Source: Ginglymostoma cirratum
Taxonomy: Eukaryota
Direction: 5' to 3'
Assembly (NCBI GenBank): GCA_024137785.1
Contig: JAHRHZ010000032.1
Span: 5,379,993-5,443,992 of the forward strand
DNA: 64,000 bases
Of the stretch, positions 1-13,100 are shown piece after piece. The notes under the pieces are model-generated. The model was given only the letters and a program-made list of their open reading frames with translations. It was not told the DNA's origin and did not search any database. Made by a program: the position numbers and the translations under genes. The number at the start of each line of letters is the position of its first letter. Position 1 is the stretch's first letter.

Positions 1-448
1 GTACCATCTAGGACAAAAGCAGCCCAATTGATTGGTACCACAACCACAAACATTCACTTCTTCCACTACTGACGCTCAGTAGCAACAGAACCTATCTAAA
101 GGATGCACTGCAGCGATTCAGTAAGGCTCTTCAGACAGTACTTTTTAAACCCACACCCACTATTATAAGGGTTTAGGCCCGAAACGTCAAGTCTTCCTGC
201 TCCTATGCTGCTGCTTGACCTGCTGTGTTCATCCAGCCCCATGCTTGTTATCCCACTACTATCTGGAAGTTTTGGGGTAGTAGACACATGCTAACACCAC
301 CGTTTCCGAACTGCTCATCACCCTGACCTGGAAATATATCGCCATTCCTTTAGTGTTGCGGGTCAAAACCCTGGAACCCTCTCCCTAATGGCATTATGGG
401 GCCATATACAGCATGTGGACTACAGCTCACCATCTTCAAGGGTAACTA
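1..448 (+). mobile_element. 3' part of the same LINE family; its tail resumes at about 2506-2562 after a CR1 insertion
   Basis: Homologous to 49560-49980; broken at aagggtaacta and continuing as gtgatgggcaataaatgctg at about 2508. Confidence 0.75.
167..251 (+). mobile_element. 5'-truncated Penelope-like fragment (half hammerhead core)
   Basis: TSD cccactattat / cccactactat (156-166, 252-262); nearly identical to 3414-3499. Confidence 0.75.
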
Positions 449-2505
449 CTGAATTCTAAGGAACTCTTGGACAGAGATAACAGCAGTCCTCACGTGAAGG
501 TGTTAAATTGGGGGTGGGGACAAACTACAACAATATTAAGGGTGAACTGGGAGAATATTGATTGGAGGCAGCTCTTGGAGGGTAAATCTACAGACATAAG
601 AGAGTATTTCAAACAGCAGTTGTTCAGGAGCAGCACATTCCTGCAAGAAGGAAGGACAGGTATGGCAAGTTACAATAAACCTTGGATGATCAGGGATGTT
701 ATGATCTTGGTCAATAAGAAAAAGGAAGCATAAGTAAGGATGGGAACTGAAAGCCCACGAAGTACAGAAGGAAAGTAGGAAAGAACTTAAACAAGGAATT
801 AGAAGGGCTAAAAATGGTCATGAAAAGCTGTTAGCAAACAGGATTAATGAGAATCCCAAGGCTTTTTAATACATATATAAAAAAGGAAGAGGGTAGCCAG
901 GGAAAGGGTTGACCCACTGAAAGACAACAGGAGGGAATCTATATGGTCGAGCCATAAGAGGTAGGTCCTAAACAAATACTTTGTGTCCGTATTCAAAGAG
1001 AAAGAATCAATGCAGGATGATCCCAGGGAAGGGAGTGTCGAGTTTCTAAGCCAAGTTGCTATTAAAAAGGAAGAGGTGTTATGCATCTTAAAAACTAAGT
1101 CCCCACACCTGATGGGATCTATCCCAGAATATTGAGGGAGGCAAGAGAACAAACTGCTGGAGCATTAACAGACATCTTTGTTTCTTATTTAGCCACAGGT
1201 TAAGTCCCAGAGGATTGGAGAATAGCCAATGTTATCCCATTGTTTAAGAAGGGTAACAGGGATAATACTGGAAATCAAAGGCCTGTGGGAATCAGATGTT
1301 GGCAGTAGGGAAAAGATCCATACGCACTTAGAAGCAAATAGACTCATTAGCGATGGACAGCTTGGTTTTGTGCAGGGGAGGTTGTGCCTCATTAACTTTG
1401 AAATCTTGAGGTGGTGATGAAGGTGATTGATGCAGGAAAAGCAGTTGATGTTGTCTAAACGGACTTCAGTAAAGCCTTTGACAAGGTCCCTCACGGCAGA
1501 GGGGTACAAAAAGGTGAAGGCACATGGTATCGTGGTGAGCTGGCAAGATGGATACAGAACTAGCTCAGTCATAGGAGACTGAGTGTAGCAGCGGAAAGAT
1601 GCTTTTCAGAATGGAAGGTTGTGACTACTGGTGTTCATAATCGTGACTGAAAACGTGACTGGTCTAATTAGCAAGTTTGTGGATGATAAAGATTGGTGGA
1701 GTTGCGAATAGTGCGCAGGATTGTCAGAGGATACAGCAGGATATAGATCAGTTAGAGGCATGGGCAAAAACATTGGCAGATGGACTTCAATTCGGACAAA
1801 TGTGAAGGTGATGCATTTTGGAAGGTCAAGTACAGGTAGAAATTATACAGTGGATGGCAGCACCCTTTCAGTAAGGATACACAGAGGGATCCGTGTGTGC
1901 AGGTCCACAGATCACTGAAGGTGGTAGCACAGGTTGAGAATGTAGTAGAAAGGCTTATGGCATGCTTGCCTTCATTGGAAAGGGCATTGAATATAAAAGG
2001 ATAGACAAGTTGTGCTGCAGCTTTACAGAACCTTTGGTTAGGTCATACTTGGAATATTGCACACAGTTCTGGTCACCAGACTAGCAGAAAGATGTGGATG
2101 CTTTGGAGAGGTCACAGGAAAGGTTCGCCAGAATGTTATCTGGTATGGGGGATTTTAGCTATGAAGGAGGGTTGGACAGACCACGTTTTGTTTTCCCTAG
2201 GGCTGAGGGGCTAATTACAAGGGGACACAGGTTCAAGGTGCCGTATCGTTTCAAAGAGATGTGCAAGGCATTATTTGTTTTTTTACTCAAAGGGTGGCGA
2301 GCGCCTGGAACGTGTTGCCAGAGGTGAAGGTGGAAGCAGACCATAAGAGCATTCGAGCAGCACTTAGACCAATACTTGAATAGGAGGGGATTAGAAGGAT
2401 GCAGAGTCTGTAAACAAAGACAATTTTAGTATGGAAAGACAAAATGTGTCAGTGCAGGCTTGGAGGGCTGAAGGGCCTGTTCCAGTCCTGTATTGTTCTT
2501 TGTTC
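449..2505 (+). mobile_element. Decayed CR1 (HER1-like) LINE, ORF2 remnants and 3' tail
   Basis: NKPWM, GFVQGRLCL, DFSKAFDKV, VMHFGR and LEYCxQFW remnants with frameshifts; ends gggcctgtt...ttctttgttct. Confidence 0.88.
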
Positions 2506-2988
2506 TAGTGATGGGCAATAAATGCTGCCCTAACCAGCGACGCTCATGACACGAATTAATTCAAAACGTCAAGCCAGAGACAGTTTCAAAAAAAAGGAAT
2601 ATTGGATTAAAAGTAAAAAAGGGGAAAAAAGTTTTTTAAACTTGTTTTTAAAATATCCAACCATTAAAACCTGAATAAGTGCAACTTTTTCGGTGTTGGT
2701 GTTTCATTGTGAAACATTAACTACTTATCAATTTCTTTTAAAAAAAGTGTTGGCAATTAATACAGTATGTCAAAGTACATGTGGAATTCAAAATGCTCAA
2801 AAATAGACTCTTGCTTCACTTCAGACAAATTTTAACTTGCTGCGGTGCGATTAGTTTGTGTCTAGATCAAAAGTAAAGATGCTGCTCACTGCATTGCAGT
2901 GGGGAGCTAAGTAAAATGATGCTATTCTCATGACACGCATGGGGCTGGATGAACACAGCAGGTCAAGCAGCATCGTAGGAGCAGGAAA

Positions 2989-3388
2989 NNNNNNNNNNNN
3001 NNNNNNNNNNNNNNNNNNNNNNNNNNNNNNNNNNNNNNNNNNNNNNNNNNNNNNNNNNNNNNNNNNNNNNNNNNNNNNNNNNNNNNNNNNNNNNNNNNNN
3101 NNNNNNNNNNNNNNNNNNNNNNNNNNNNNNNNNNNNNNNNNNNNNNNNNNNNNNNNNNNNNNNNNNNNNNNNNNNNNNNNNNNNNNNNNNNNNNNNNNNN
3201 NNNNNNNNNNNNNNNNNNNNNNNNNNNNNNNNNNNNNNNNNNNNNNNNNNNNNNNNNNNNNNNNNNNNNNNNNNNNNNNNNNNNNNNNNNNNNNNNNNNN
3301 NNNNNNNNNNNNNNNNNNNNNNNNNNNNNNNNNNNNNNNNNNNNNNNNNNNNNNNNNNNNNNNNNNNNNNNNNNNNNNNNNNNNNNNN
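2989..3388. other. Assembly gap (400 N) inside a palindromic insertion
   Basis: Run of N; both flanks belong to one TSD-bounded inverted-repeat element. Confidence 0.99.
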
Positions 3389-3403
3389 TTCATCAGAAAA
3401 CCA

Positions 3404-3439
3404 TTTTCTGATGAAGGGTTTAGGCCCGAAACGTCAAGG
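3404..3439 (+). ncRNA. Minimal type I hammerhead ribozyme motif
   Basis: uuuu CUGAUGA A GGGU-UUAG-GCCC GAAACGUC aagg: intact core, 4-bp stem II, palindromic ACGU stem III, weak stem I. Confidence 0.7.
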
Positions 3440-4264
3440 TTTCCTGCTCCTACGATGCTGCTTGACCTGCTGTGTTCATCCAGCCCCATGCTTGTTATCT
3501 CGGATTCTCCAGCATCTGCAGTACCTTTTATCTCTATTCTCATGACACTATAGGTCAGCCACCTCAGATAGCTACTCTGAGATTTCAGTGTTCAAGGTTG
3601 CAACAACTTTTGCCTCAAGTTGTTGTAGCATGTGTACATAAATAAGGGAGGGTTCTGGCTATCATGTTAATATTGCAATGAAGCCAACTCTCATCACTGT
3701 TGTGCTAAACTAAGGTGTTGCTAAACTTGAAGCCCATATATGGTTTTATACATTTTGCATTAGCAGAAAGGTTATTTTTGAAAGATTAAGGAGGTGTATA
3801 TTCTGAAAGCTACAAACAAAAACATAAAAATGCACAATGAACTTTACCAACTATAGTAATTAACAGGGCTCAAACAGATTACATAGTGAGTTTAATTGCT
3901 CCTGCGCAAGATCAAATCAAAGTCAAATGCTTCAGTAAAAACTTCAAATGTCATTGCAGCACCCTGCCTATTGATTCCAAGTGAAACAATAGAATAAAAT
4001 TCAAATAGAAGAAGTTCTTTGAATGGAGTTTCATTTTAGAAAATTATACAAGAGGGAAGCAGCTTTAGAAATACCACAAACAGGTGGAACTGCCGCTCAC
4101 TCTAAAGCAGAATCTTAAATGACCTTTGTTTCAAAGTTTTACCAGGGTGGGGGATGGGGTGAATTATACAGGGGGAAAATTTAATTCCAAAAAGTCTTTC
4201 CATATTCTACTCCACTGGAGTAGGATGCATTAATGGCTATCATCGGAGGGCAGTCAAGAAAAAC

Positions 4265-4565
4265 ACTTTAATGTCATAAAATCCCAAAGCATTTTACAGG
4301 AGCATTCTAAAACAAAATGACTCAGCCACGTAAAACAGATTAGGTTGGATGATCGAAAACCTGCCTCCAACGCTCAGTTTAAGGTGTTTTCAAAAGTGAA
4401 AGAAAGGTAGAGACACAGCAATAAAGAGAGAATTCCAGAACTTGGAGCTTATATTCAACTCGAGGCACAGCCATGAATTATAGACCAATTAAAATCAGGA
4501 ATGTTTAAACTGCCAGAGTTTAGGAACACAAACATATTTAGAGGGTTGTGGAGATTATAGAGAAA
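4265..4565 (-). mobile_element. L2 LINE 3' remnant
   Basis: tttaatgt...cccaaagcattttacagg...gagaattccagaacttgg; a similar shorter remnant lies at about 43075-43230. Confidence 0.45.
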
Positions 4566-5316
4566 AAAGGCCAAGCCTGGTTTTCAATGTTCATTTCTTT
4601 TAAAAGTCCATTGGATTACTTATTAACTGTGTGACATTTTCCCTCCTGACATTGACCCAAACATATTTTAAACAAGGAGAAAAGGGGAGTTTTTTTTGTG
4701 ATTCCCACATATAAAAATGACAGGATTGCCCTGCACCTTCCACCATTACAATCACCTGTGTCACATTTAACTACAACCCTCCAATCATTTGTCAATGAGA
4801 TCAAATGGCAAAGCAAATTTTAAAGAGGAGTTAGATTTTTAATAAACAGTTAAATTCCCATTTTTTTCCCTCCTTTGGAGTCGCAACTCTTTCCAATCAC
4901 CTCAATTACACCAGAATAACTCATTTTGAAATGCCCCCTATGTCATCCACTCAAGTCAGCTTTCTATGAAACCTCAACTATATAAGCATTTAAAGATGCA
5001 AGACTTTAACAGAAGAACTCAAGAGTCTTGACTGCTTGGGCCCTGATTATAGATATGATGGGAGACTTCGTCAACAGTGACTAGTATTATTCCTTCAATA
5101 TTCATTGTATCGTAGACATGCATACAGAGCAACAGGAGAGGACTGAGGGGGATGAGTAACAAACAGCAGATTCCAGCACTGTAGAGCTACTGAATGTAAC
5201 CATGCTTGCCTGAAGATTTCAAACATCATCTGCTTGAAACCATGAGCCTTCTGGGTACAGCACGTTCTTAGGAAGCTAGTACAGACCTCCCAAGAGGGTT
5301 GTTGCTAAAAAGTTAC

Positions 5317-5424
5317 CTGAGTTGTTAGGTACGTCCGATAGATCAACAGAGCAATTCATTTCCACAGTCTCGCCTTGGAATACGTGAGGCTTCTCAGATT
5401 GTAAAGTCACATTAAACAGAGGAG
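5317..5424 (-). CDS. PTGFRN: PTGFRN exon 7, short exon with N-terminal part of Ig domain 6 (gene continues beyond window start)
   Basis: Acceptor ctctacag, donor gtaact, 108 nt, phase 1-1. APLFNVTLQSEKPHVFQGETVEMNCSV. A short exon splitting Ig6 agrees with my recollection of the mammalian gene structure. Confidence 0.9.
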
Positions 5425-5764
5425 CTGTAGAGCAAGATAAGAAAGACAAACAATGGTTTATTTCATTATACTCTAATTGTTTACTCAATGCAGCTTTAAA
5501 CTTTGAAATTCCACTCAAAGTACTGGTCTTCCTTCTAACGTGTCATGAAATGGATTATCAATATTCAACTTCCATCATCTGATTTTTTGAAACAAAGACT
5601 TTCATGAACTAATGTGATTTTTGTTAGAAAAGGAAAGACAATTACCTAAAAGTAACCATGATCCCCTGGCCTGAGATTGGGACGAGTTTTAATAAACCAT
5701 TGAGGTGCACAAAACCCATCTACACTATAGTTATAATTTCATCCAAAAACAGTGAAACTTGCCT

Positions 5765-6360
5765 GGACTCCCAACACAAGAAACTTGACACCATCCAGGA
5801 CAAAGCAGCCTGCTTAAGTGACACCACCTCCACAAGCATTCGCTTCCTCAACCACCAACACTTACAGTACATACTGCTCTTACTATCTTCAGGATGCATT
5901 GTAGAAATTCACCTAAGATCCTTAGACAGCGCCTTTCAAACCCACATCCACTTCCATCTAGAAGAAGGGCACAGATACAAGAAAACACCATCATCTACAA
6001 ATTCCCCTCCAAGCTACTCGACACCCTGAATTGGAAATATATTGCTATTCCTTCACTGTCCCTGGGTTAAAATCCTGGAATTCCCTCCTCAAGGAGGATC
6101 GTGGTCAACTTATAGCACATGGTGAGCTGCTGCTTTGAACCACTGCAGTCTGTCACCTTCTTGAGATCCAATTTGAACGAAAGATAAACCGCAATTAAAT
6201 AATTTATTTTTGTTCTTTTTGTAACTCAAAATGGCACCAAATTGTGGTGACAAAAAAACTTTTTAATGCCACATATCTAAGACGACACAGGTGAAATCAT
6301 TCATAACTACAGATGGGCAATAAATGCTGTCTCAGCTAGCAATATGTCCCACAAGTGAAC
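5765..6360 (+). mobile_element. 3' fragment of the tRNA-headed LINE family (interrupted at about 6125-6300)
   Basis: KKLDTIQDKAACL end of ORF2, 3' UTR and gggcaataaatgctg tail. Confidence 0.7.
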
Positions 6361-6437
6361 AAATACAAAACACAATAACTAAGTCAGCACCAAGAAAATA
6401 TTTTGTTTAATTTGATTTGAATTATTGTAGTCACATA

Positions 6438-6531
6438 GGGAGGCAAAGGTCTAGTGGTATTAATCACTGAACTGTTAATCCAGAGACCCAGATCGCATTC
6501 TGGGGACCCGAGTTGAAATCCCACTATTGTG
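6438..6531 (+). mobile_element. 5' head fragment of the same SINE
   Basis: Matches 12745-12838. Confidence 0.75.
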
Positions 6532-8467
6532 AAGGATCCTCCTGTTTCAGCTTCTGCCTGTAAGCTCACACTCGCATGATAAATTCATATTTGGAGATGA
6601 AATGTTGCCTGGAGAGTAATCAGCTTGGAAGGATGATGGATCTGACACAAATATACAAACTGACTTACATTAATCGCCGCTTGAACATCAAAGCGGAGGA
6701 AGAGAAAAAGAAAATGAACCAACAAAAAAAAAAAAAAAAAAGTGTTTGTAATCTTGAAGGTAGTAGCCAATAAATACTTAAAAAGGAACTTAGGAAAACA
6801 ATTATTCACTGCGAATACAGGATCCATACAGACTTCACTGCTGCAGAGTATAAGTCAATCATTAAACAAAATGGCCTCTGGTTGAAAATCTAGCTTCTCA
6901 AACAAACATTTCAAAAAAAAAAATTAGTCATTACCTAAATTTGAGTGTTAGGATGCAATAAAACTCCCCTTTCAAGAAGAGCTTGTAATTTGGCTCCATT
7001 TTAATCTAACTAAATTAAAAAAAAGGTAAGCAGGACCACCACATCCTACAAAAAGCATCTGCTGCAGCCAAGGAGATTGTTAAATAGGAAGCCAGTTCTA
7101 CTTTGACTTGTTCACATAGTCACATATGGTCCTTGGACTAAACTATTAGTGGGGTGCATTTACTGGTTGTGGTCAGCTGCATTGAACATACGCCAAAGAG
7201 TGTAATGCTATTTTTTTTTAAAAAAACATTTTCTCCCAATCTGTCCTGTACTGATGGCACCGATCTCTTGCTGGCATGCAATTCTGTTGCCACAGAATTT
7301 TTCTTCACTGATAAATTTTGTTGGAACTTTTTAATCAAAGGAAGAAAGGACACTTTTTGATGCTGTTTTCTGAATGGGAATTGACAGTAGGCTGAACTAC
7401 GTAAAGCCTAACAGCCAAGCCCAAGCATATAGCTAATTCTGATCGGACTGGAAATTGAAGCTGAAACTTGCAGACCATGGTGTTTTATGTTTACAAACGA
7501 TTACTTCTTGCATGTTAAGTCAAAATGTTCTAAACACATTCTACTTAGTCCTGCATCAGAATAATTCTATTCCCTAAAATGCGTTGAGGTAAATACTCCC
7601 CGAGGTGAAGAATGAACAATTACATCAAATCAGTAACAAATTAATTTAAGATGTGGTAACCACACCTAATGACAGTTCTGTTGCAGCTCTAGAATAAAGC
7701 AAAACCTGTTTCTTTTCAGTGTTGAGAGCTGCAACCTGATTAAAAACAGCATTTCCCTTGATCTTCTGTATTAAATAATATGCCAACAAGAATTTCACTG
7801 GCAGAACATTCACCTATAAAAGGTAAGCTGGGCAGCCAAACTGAAACTAAATGCACTGATGCAGAGATTCTAGAAACAATATAGCATCTAAAATATCAGA
7901 GTCGGGTATAAATTACACTGCCACCTAATCGAGACCCAGAAACCTCAAATCACATGCAGTACTAATTATAGTTTTGTTAATTATTTCAGGAATGTAGAGA
8001 GTTTCAAAAAACAAACCCAGGCTAAAAGTTTGAACACAGCACACTGAATATGCCGATAGAACATGAACTGGATTAGTCATTTACAGACTATTAAATATTG
8101 AGCACTCAAAAATAAAATTGATGCATGGTCAAAGACAAAGTACACTGTGCTTTTAGCAAATTACCTTCACAAAATCAACTATTCCATTCTAACCTCCAAT
8201 CTTCTCCATTGCCTTTTTATTAAAATGCTGAAGATTTGTTTAACGAGTTTTAGCTACACTGAAATTTCATTACCGCTTTGGGTTAATTTATAACTCGACA
8301 AAAAATAAACTGTTGTTAAAATTTCAGTGGTGTTAAATTTTTTTAAATTTGGAAACAAAATCTCAAACCTGACGGCTATTTAAATTACACTATTGAATGC
8401 AGGCAAGGCAAAATATAGTCTGGACTTATGAAAACATTGATGTAACATTCATACTGCAAAGAGATTA

Positions 8468-8672
8468 CAGGCAGTCCCCGAGTTGTGAACAGGTCCCATT
8501 CTTGAGTTAATTCACAATTCAATTCGAAGACAAGTCAGAACACAACGCAGGACAATATGGAAGGAGTTGCTCATAAAGGACAGGAAATGTTTGTATGTTA
8601 AGACCTTTAAAAATCACACACCTCTAAGTAAAAGCATTTGTAAATGGACATTCACAAATTGGAGACTCCCTG
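8468..8672. mobile_element. Tc1/mariner-pogo (Tigger-like) MITE
   Basis: Imperfect 22-bp TIRs (caggcagtccccgagttgtgaa vs cagggagtctccaatttgtgaa) flanked by TA at 8466-8467 and 8673-8674. Confidence 0.7.
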
Positions 8673-8833
8673 TATATTTTTTCCAGATTCTAAACATTCA
8701 AATCATCCCTGCAATAGAAAGGCAGCTATTTCGTTAGATAATCAGCAGTCTTCTATTAAACCACACTGAAAGGCACAACAACTTGTTATCTGAGGATTGT
8801 CAATAGTTTGATTACATTAAATTGAGGACCTAC

Positions 8834-9247
8834 CTGCAGTTTTAAAGGCAACAGCAACAGTGTTGGATGAATTTGCAACTATTTCAGACCACTGCCCATT
8901 TGTATCTGGAGCCCAAGCCTGCACAATACAGTAATATGATCCCTCATCAGAAAACTGAGTCCTGTACAGACGGAAACGGAACTCATCGTCACCAACTTTT
9001 TCCAAAACAACATCCTCCGATCGGTCCTTGTCATCCCATCTTTCCAGTTTGACCACCGAGTCCCGAGTCAACGAAATAAGTTTTTTGCTGTATCGTGCAT
9101 CCGTAAAAGCTGGTTCATTCATTGCTACAGCCACAGAGTAATGGGGGACTTCAACATGCTCTGCAGAAACACTACAGATCATTTCAAAAGTGTTTCCTCG
9201 TGTGGATACTGGTTTCTCCTCTATTGCTGTAATACTCAGGCTTGGAT
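8834..9247 (-). CDS. PTGFRN: PTGFRN exon 6, Ig domain 5
   Basis: Acceptor cttcgtag, donor gtaggt, 414 nt, phase 1-1. RGNTFEMICSV...PHYSV...DSVVKLERW...EFRFRLYRTQFSDEGSYYC; these motifs are characteristic of PTGFRN domain 5 as recalled. Confidence 0.95.
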
Positions 9248-9729
9248 CTACGAAGTGAAGGAAATACTATTAAATGCAATTAAAAGGATAGATTCTTTAT
9301 AATTCTAAACCACCAGTTGGAACAATCTAAAGACAATATACTTGATGTATGATACACACCAACTTTGGTCATGAATTGTTCCACTATATAGTGCTGAACA
9401 TTCTGCTTAACCGAAAAGCTTTTTGACAATTCCTGCCCACAGTAACCCACATTGCACACTCACAATCATGCAAAATAAGTTAAAGCAAAAAGAAATTCTG
9501 TTGGTAGTGGTGGCATGGAAAAGAATGAATTCACTAGACCCATCCCGTGTTAACCATTTAGAAGCAACATCTAACAGTATTATCTTGTCTGTGCTATTGC
9601 TTACAAGTGTTGACCAATAATTTTAATTTTTCTCTATTTTCAAAGAAAAGCATTTTTGTATATACAGTAAAATTTTAGATTTTCTAAAAAGCGGAGGAGA
9701 CCTTACAAAGAACTGTTGAAATATTTTAC

Positions 9730-10152
9730 CTTCTGTTTTCCAGTCAATCTCAATGGCAAGTGAAGAGACTTCTTGTTTTTTCAACCACGTGTTACCTCGT
9801 TGTTTAATCTGGGCAGTAACGTTGCAAAAATACTTTCCTCTATCAGAGGCTAGAGCCTGTTGCATCTGAAACTTGAAAGTATGTAGCTCAGGCTTCATAA
9901 ATATGATCTCTCCTTTCTCTGCACGCTCAATATATTCATCAAACAGTTGTAGGGTCCAATCCTGATCCATGGTTGCTATAGGCACAGTCACTTCTGGAGT
10001 TCCATTCAGCTGTTTTGGGCTGACATACCAGGCTACAGTCAGCTTTGCATCATCTGCGTTTTGTAAATCCAACACCCGGCACTCAAGCTCAGCTGATTCC
10101 CCTGTGGAACTAGGTACCTTGATGGAGTTTAGCTGAACAGTGTATGTAGGAT
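9730..10152 (-). CDS. PTGFRN: PTGFRN exon 5, Ig domain 4
   Basis: Acceptor atccacag, donor gtaaaa, 423 nt, phase 1-1. DPTYTVQL...AELECRV...VAWY...SDRGKYFCNVT. Confidence 0.95.
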
Positions 10153-10299
10153 CTGTGGATGCAATCAGAATGAAGATTATTTATATAAACCTCAAAAGAA
10201 GTTCAACTGATACAGTTCATTACATGGTGATCGGGTAGGTAACTATTTAAAGAAGGCCAACAAAAAAAAAAAAAAAATTGCAGTTGGATTTTTTTTCTT

Positions 10300-10612
10300 A
10301 AATACATTCATGGGGCATGGGCACTGCTAGGCCAGCATTTATTGCCCATCCCTAATTGCCCAGACGGCAGTTAACAGTCATCCACATTACCGTGGGTCTG
10401 AAGTCACATGCATGCCAGACCAGGTAAAGATGGCAGTTTCCTTCCCTGAAGTAAACCAGGTGGTTTTTTTTTTTGACAATCGGCAATAGATTCATGGTCA
10501 TCAGAGACTCATCTATCCATTCCAGGCTTTTTCAACCGAATTCAGATTCCACCATCTACTGTGGCAGCATTCAACCCAAGTCCTCAGAACATTATCTGGG
10601 TTGCTGGATTAA
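10300..10612 (-). mobile_element. Same SINE family, 5'-truncated
   Basis: Reverse-complement match to about 12780-13080. Confidence 0.85.
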
Positions 10613-11029
10613 TTTTCATCAATAAACTGGTTAACAGTGTTAGAAGAACATTCCACTTCGAACAGCATTTTGTTATCCAGGCCTGAATCTCCAGATTTGT
10701 TTGCAGGTTCAAATAACGACACAAGAAACTCTAAGTACACCAGTATTTCAAAAGAGTTCCAATGAGGTCCCGGAACAAGTTGCCGGAAACAATTTCCTTC
10801 AGCTATTTCAAAACAACTGAGAAAAGAAAAAAGGGACATCGTGGGCAATTAGGCCCAATGAGCCACACCAACCCAAAAGTAAACAACTCCACAGGAAAAT
10901 GTTACCCTACGTTCACATTAAAACTGCAGCTTCAAATTGTAAATGTAGTCTGAATTTGGAAATCCAATGCATGATCAGACACTGGATCAGGCAAATGAGT
11001 GTCAAATTTGCACTACACCTTTAAAAGAA

Positions 11030-12290
11030 AAGTAGGAAAAAGGAAACAAAACTGGGAACCAAAGGCTAATTAGCCTCAAACTGTTGGGAGTATACTGGAA
11101 TCCAAGAAGGTCTTAATAATGCACTTAGAAAAATGTCCGATCAGACTGTAGCTTAGAAAAAGAAAATCATGTTTCAAATTTATAATCATTTTTTCAGAAT
11201 GTAACTAGCAAGCTGGCCGATACGAGGACAGTAGATGTAGTAAAACCTGGACTTCCAAAAGGCATTCAATAACATGCCACACAAAAAGTTACCAGATAAG
11301 GGAAGAGCTGAGAGCTAGGGTAACATATTAGCTTGGATAGCGGATTGGATAAATGGGCAAAGAGTATGAATAAATGGAGAATCTTGCATTGGCGGATTGT
11401 GACTAGTGAAATGCCACAAGGATCAGTGCTGGGGCTTCAAAAATTTCCAATCTATATTGACAATTTAGCAGACCAGAGAGCAAATAATATTTAAGTTTGC
11501 TGACAACACAAAGCTAGGTTGGAAGGAAGGGAAAAAAAAGGATGGAAGAGGATGAAGAGATATAACTAGATTAAATGAGTGGGCAACAAGTGCGGTCATT
11601 CCCTTTGATTGTAGGGATGGAAAAATCTAAAGGTGCAAAACTTGCAAATGATATTCATGGCACTTGGGCGTATTTATGCAAAGATTTCAAAAAAGTTGGC
11701 AGATATAAACAATTAGAAAAGCAAATAGCACACTTGTTTTTATTCTAAAGCACCAGTTGCCTTGTAACAATGTAGTCTTGCTTATACAATTGTATAGGCC
11801 TTTGGAGAATACTGCATGCTGATTTGGTCTCCACATCCACAACAGATCTACGTTGGAGCTAGCATAGCATATGGTTCCTGGAATAACAAGGATGTCCTAT
11901 GAATTGGTGTTTTACTTTCTAGAGTTTTGAAGAATGAGGGTGATCTCACTGAAACATTCAAGATGCTGAGGGGGATAGATACAAAAGTCACTTCCCCAAG
12001 TTGGAGAATGTAGAACACAGGACCAGTGTCTCAAGATGGAGCAGAGCATCTAGGTTGGAGATGTGGGATGAATTGTTCACTCAAAAGGGCCGTGAATCTT
12101 TGGAATTCTGTGCCTTAAGGACGTAAATGTTCCATCTTTGAATACATTTAGGGTTGAGACACACTGATCTTTGGACTCTCAGGGAATCAAGGGATCAGGA
12201 GCAGATATTACAGCCAAAGCCAAAAATCAGCCATGATCATATTAACCATGAAGTAAGTTTGACAATGTAAAATCTGCTCCTGCTCTTATT
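11030..12290 (+). mobile_element. Old CR1 LINE RT/3' remnant
   Basis: DFQKAF, PQGSVLG and KFADNTKL remnants. Confidence 0.8.
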
Positions 12291-12744
12291 TACAGGACTT
12301 ACGAGTGAGGAACAGCCTGGAAGGGAAATCTTTATTTTGAAGCCAGTTTAGTCAATTGCTGGTTTGCAGCATGAAGCCTCAACTTGAAAGTGGATTGCAT
12401 AGGTCATTCTAATTCATGAGTTACTTCAATATAAAGGGGACAAAATGCTTTACCTGAACACAGCATCAACACCACCAGGCAGAAGCTGGACAAGTGCAGA
12501 AGTGGGTTCTTACTGGGATCCTGTGAGAATCTCTTCCAGCAAGCAGCTAAGTGGGGTCAGGAGTCAAGGGGGTTTGTGAATGGCTGAAGGTGGAAGAGGC
12601 AGAAGACAAAGGTTTAATTTACCATCACGCACAGGAGCACTGGGCTGCTGGCTTCCTTGTAAAGACTCTGGAATAACATTCGTCTTCTTAATGACCCACA
12701 AGTAAATCAGGGATTGCAAAACAAAAACCATATACACCACAAAA

Positions 12745-13100
12745 GGGAGGCGAAGGCCTTGTGGTATTATCGTTGGACTGTTAAATTGAGAGACGCTAAT
12801 AACATTCTGGGGACCTGGGTTCAAATCCCGCCACAGCAAATAGTGGAATTTGAATTTAATAAATATCTGGAATTAAGAATCTAATGACCACCCTGAATCC
12901 AGTGTCAATTGTTGGAAAAACCCATCTGGTTCACTAATGCCCTTTAGGAAGGAAACTGCCATCCTTACCTGGTCTGGCTTACATGTGACTCCAGACCCAC
13001 AGCAATGTGGTTGACTCTCAACTGCCCTCTGGGCAATAAATGCTGCCTAGCCAGTGATGCCTTCATCCCATGAATGAATTAAAGAAAAATGAATTAAAGA
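12745..13100 (+). mobile_element. tRNA-derived SINE, full length, sharing head/body and tail with the LINE at 46294-50040
   Basis: A-box-like start, B-box 12817-12829, body aaaacccatctggttcactaatg...cagacccacagcaatgtggttgactc, tail gggcaataaatgctg...catgaatgaat. Confidence 0.85.

Larger units (their letters stand above)
2937..3533 (+). mobile_element. Palindromic Penelope-like pLTR remnant with hammerhead core
   Basis: Perfect 15-bp TSD ctattctcatgacac (2922-2936, 3534-3548). Left arm is the reverse complement of the right arm; symmetry centre near 3402. Confidence 0.8.

Noticed and set aside
2851-3553. Two long ORFs (230 and 207 aa) in the ORF track
   Set aside because: They are read through the N gap and palindromic repeat arms.
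12745-12835. tRNA gene calls from A/B-box motifs (also 6438, 46300, 56740)
   Set aside because: No full cloverleaf; the motifs continue into SINE bodies.
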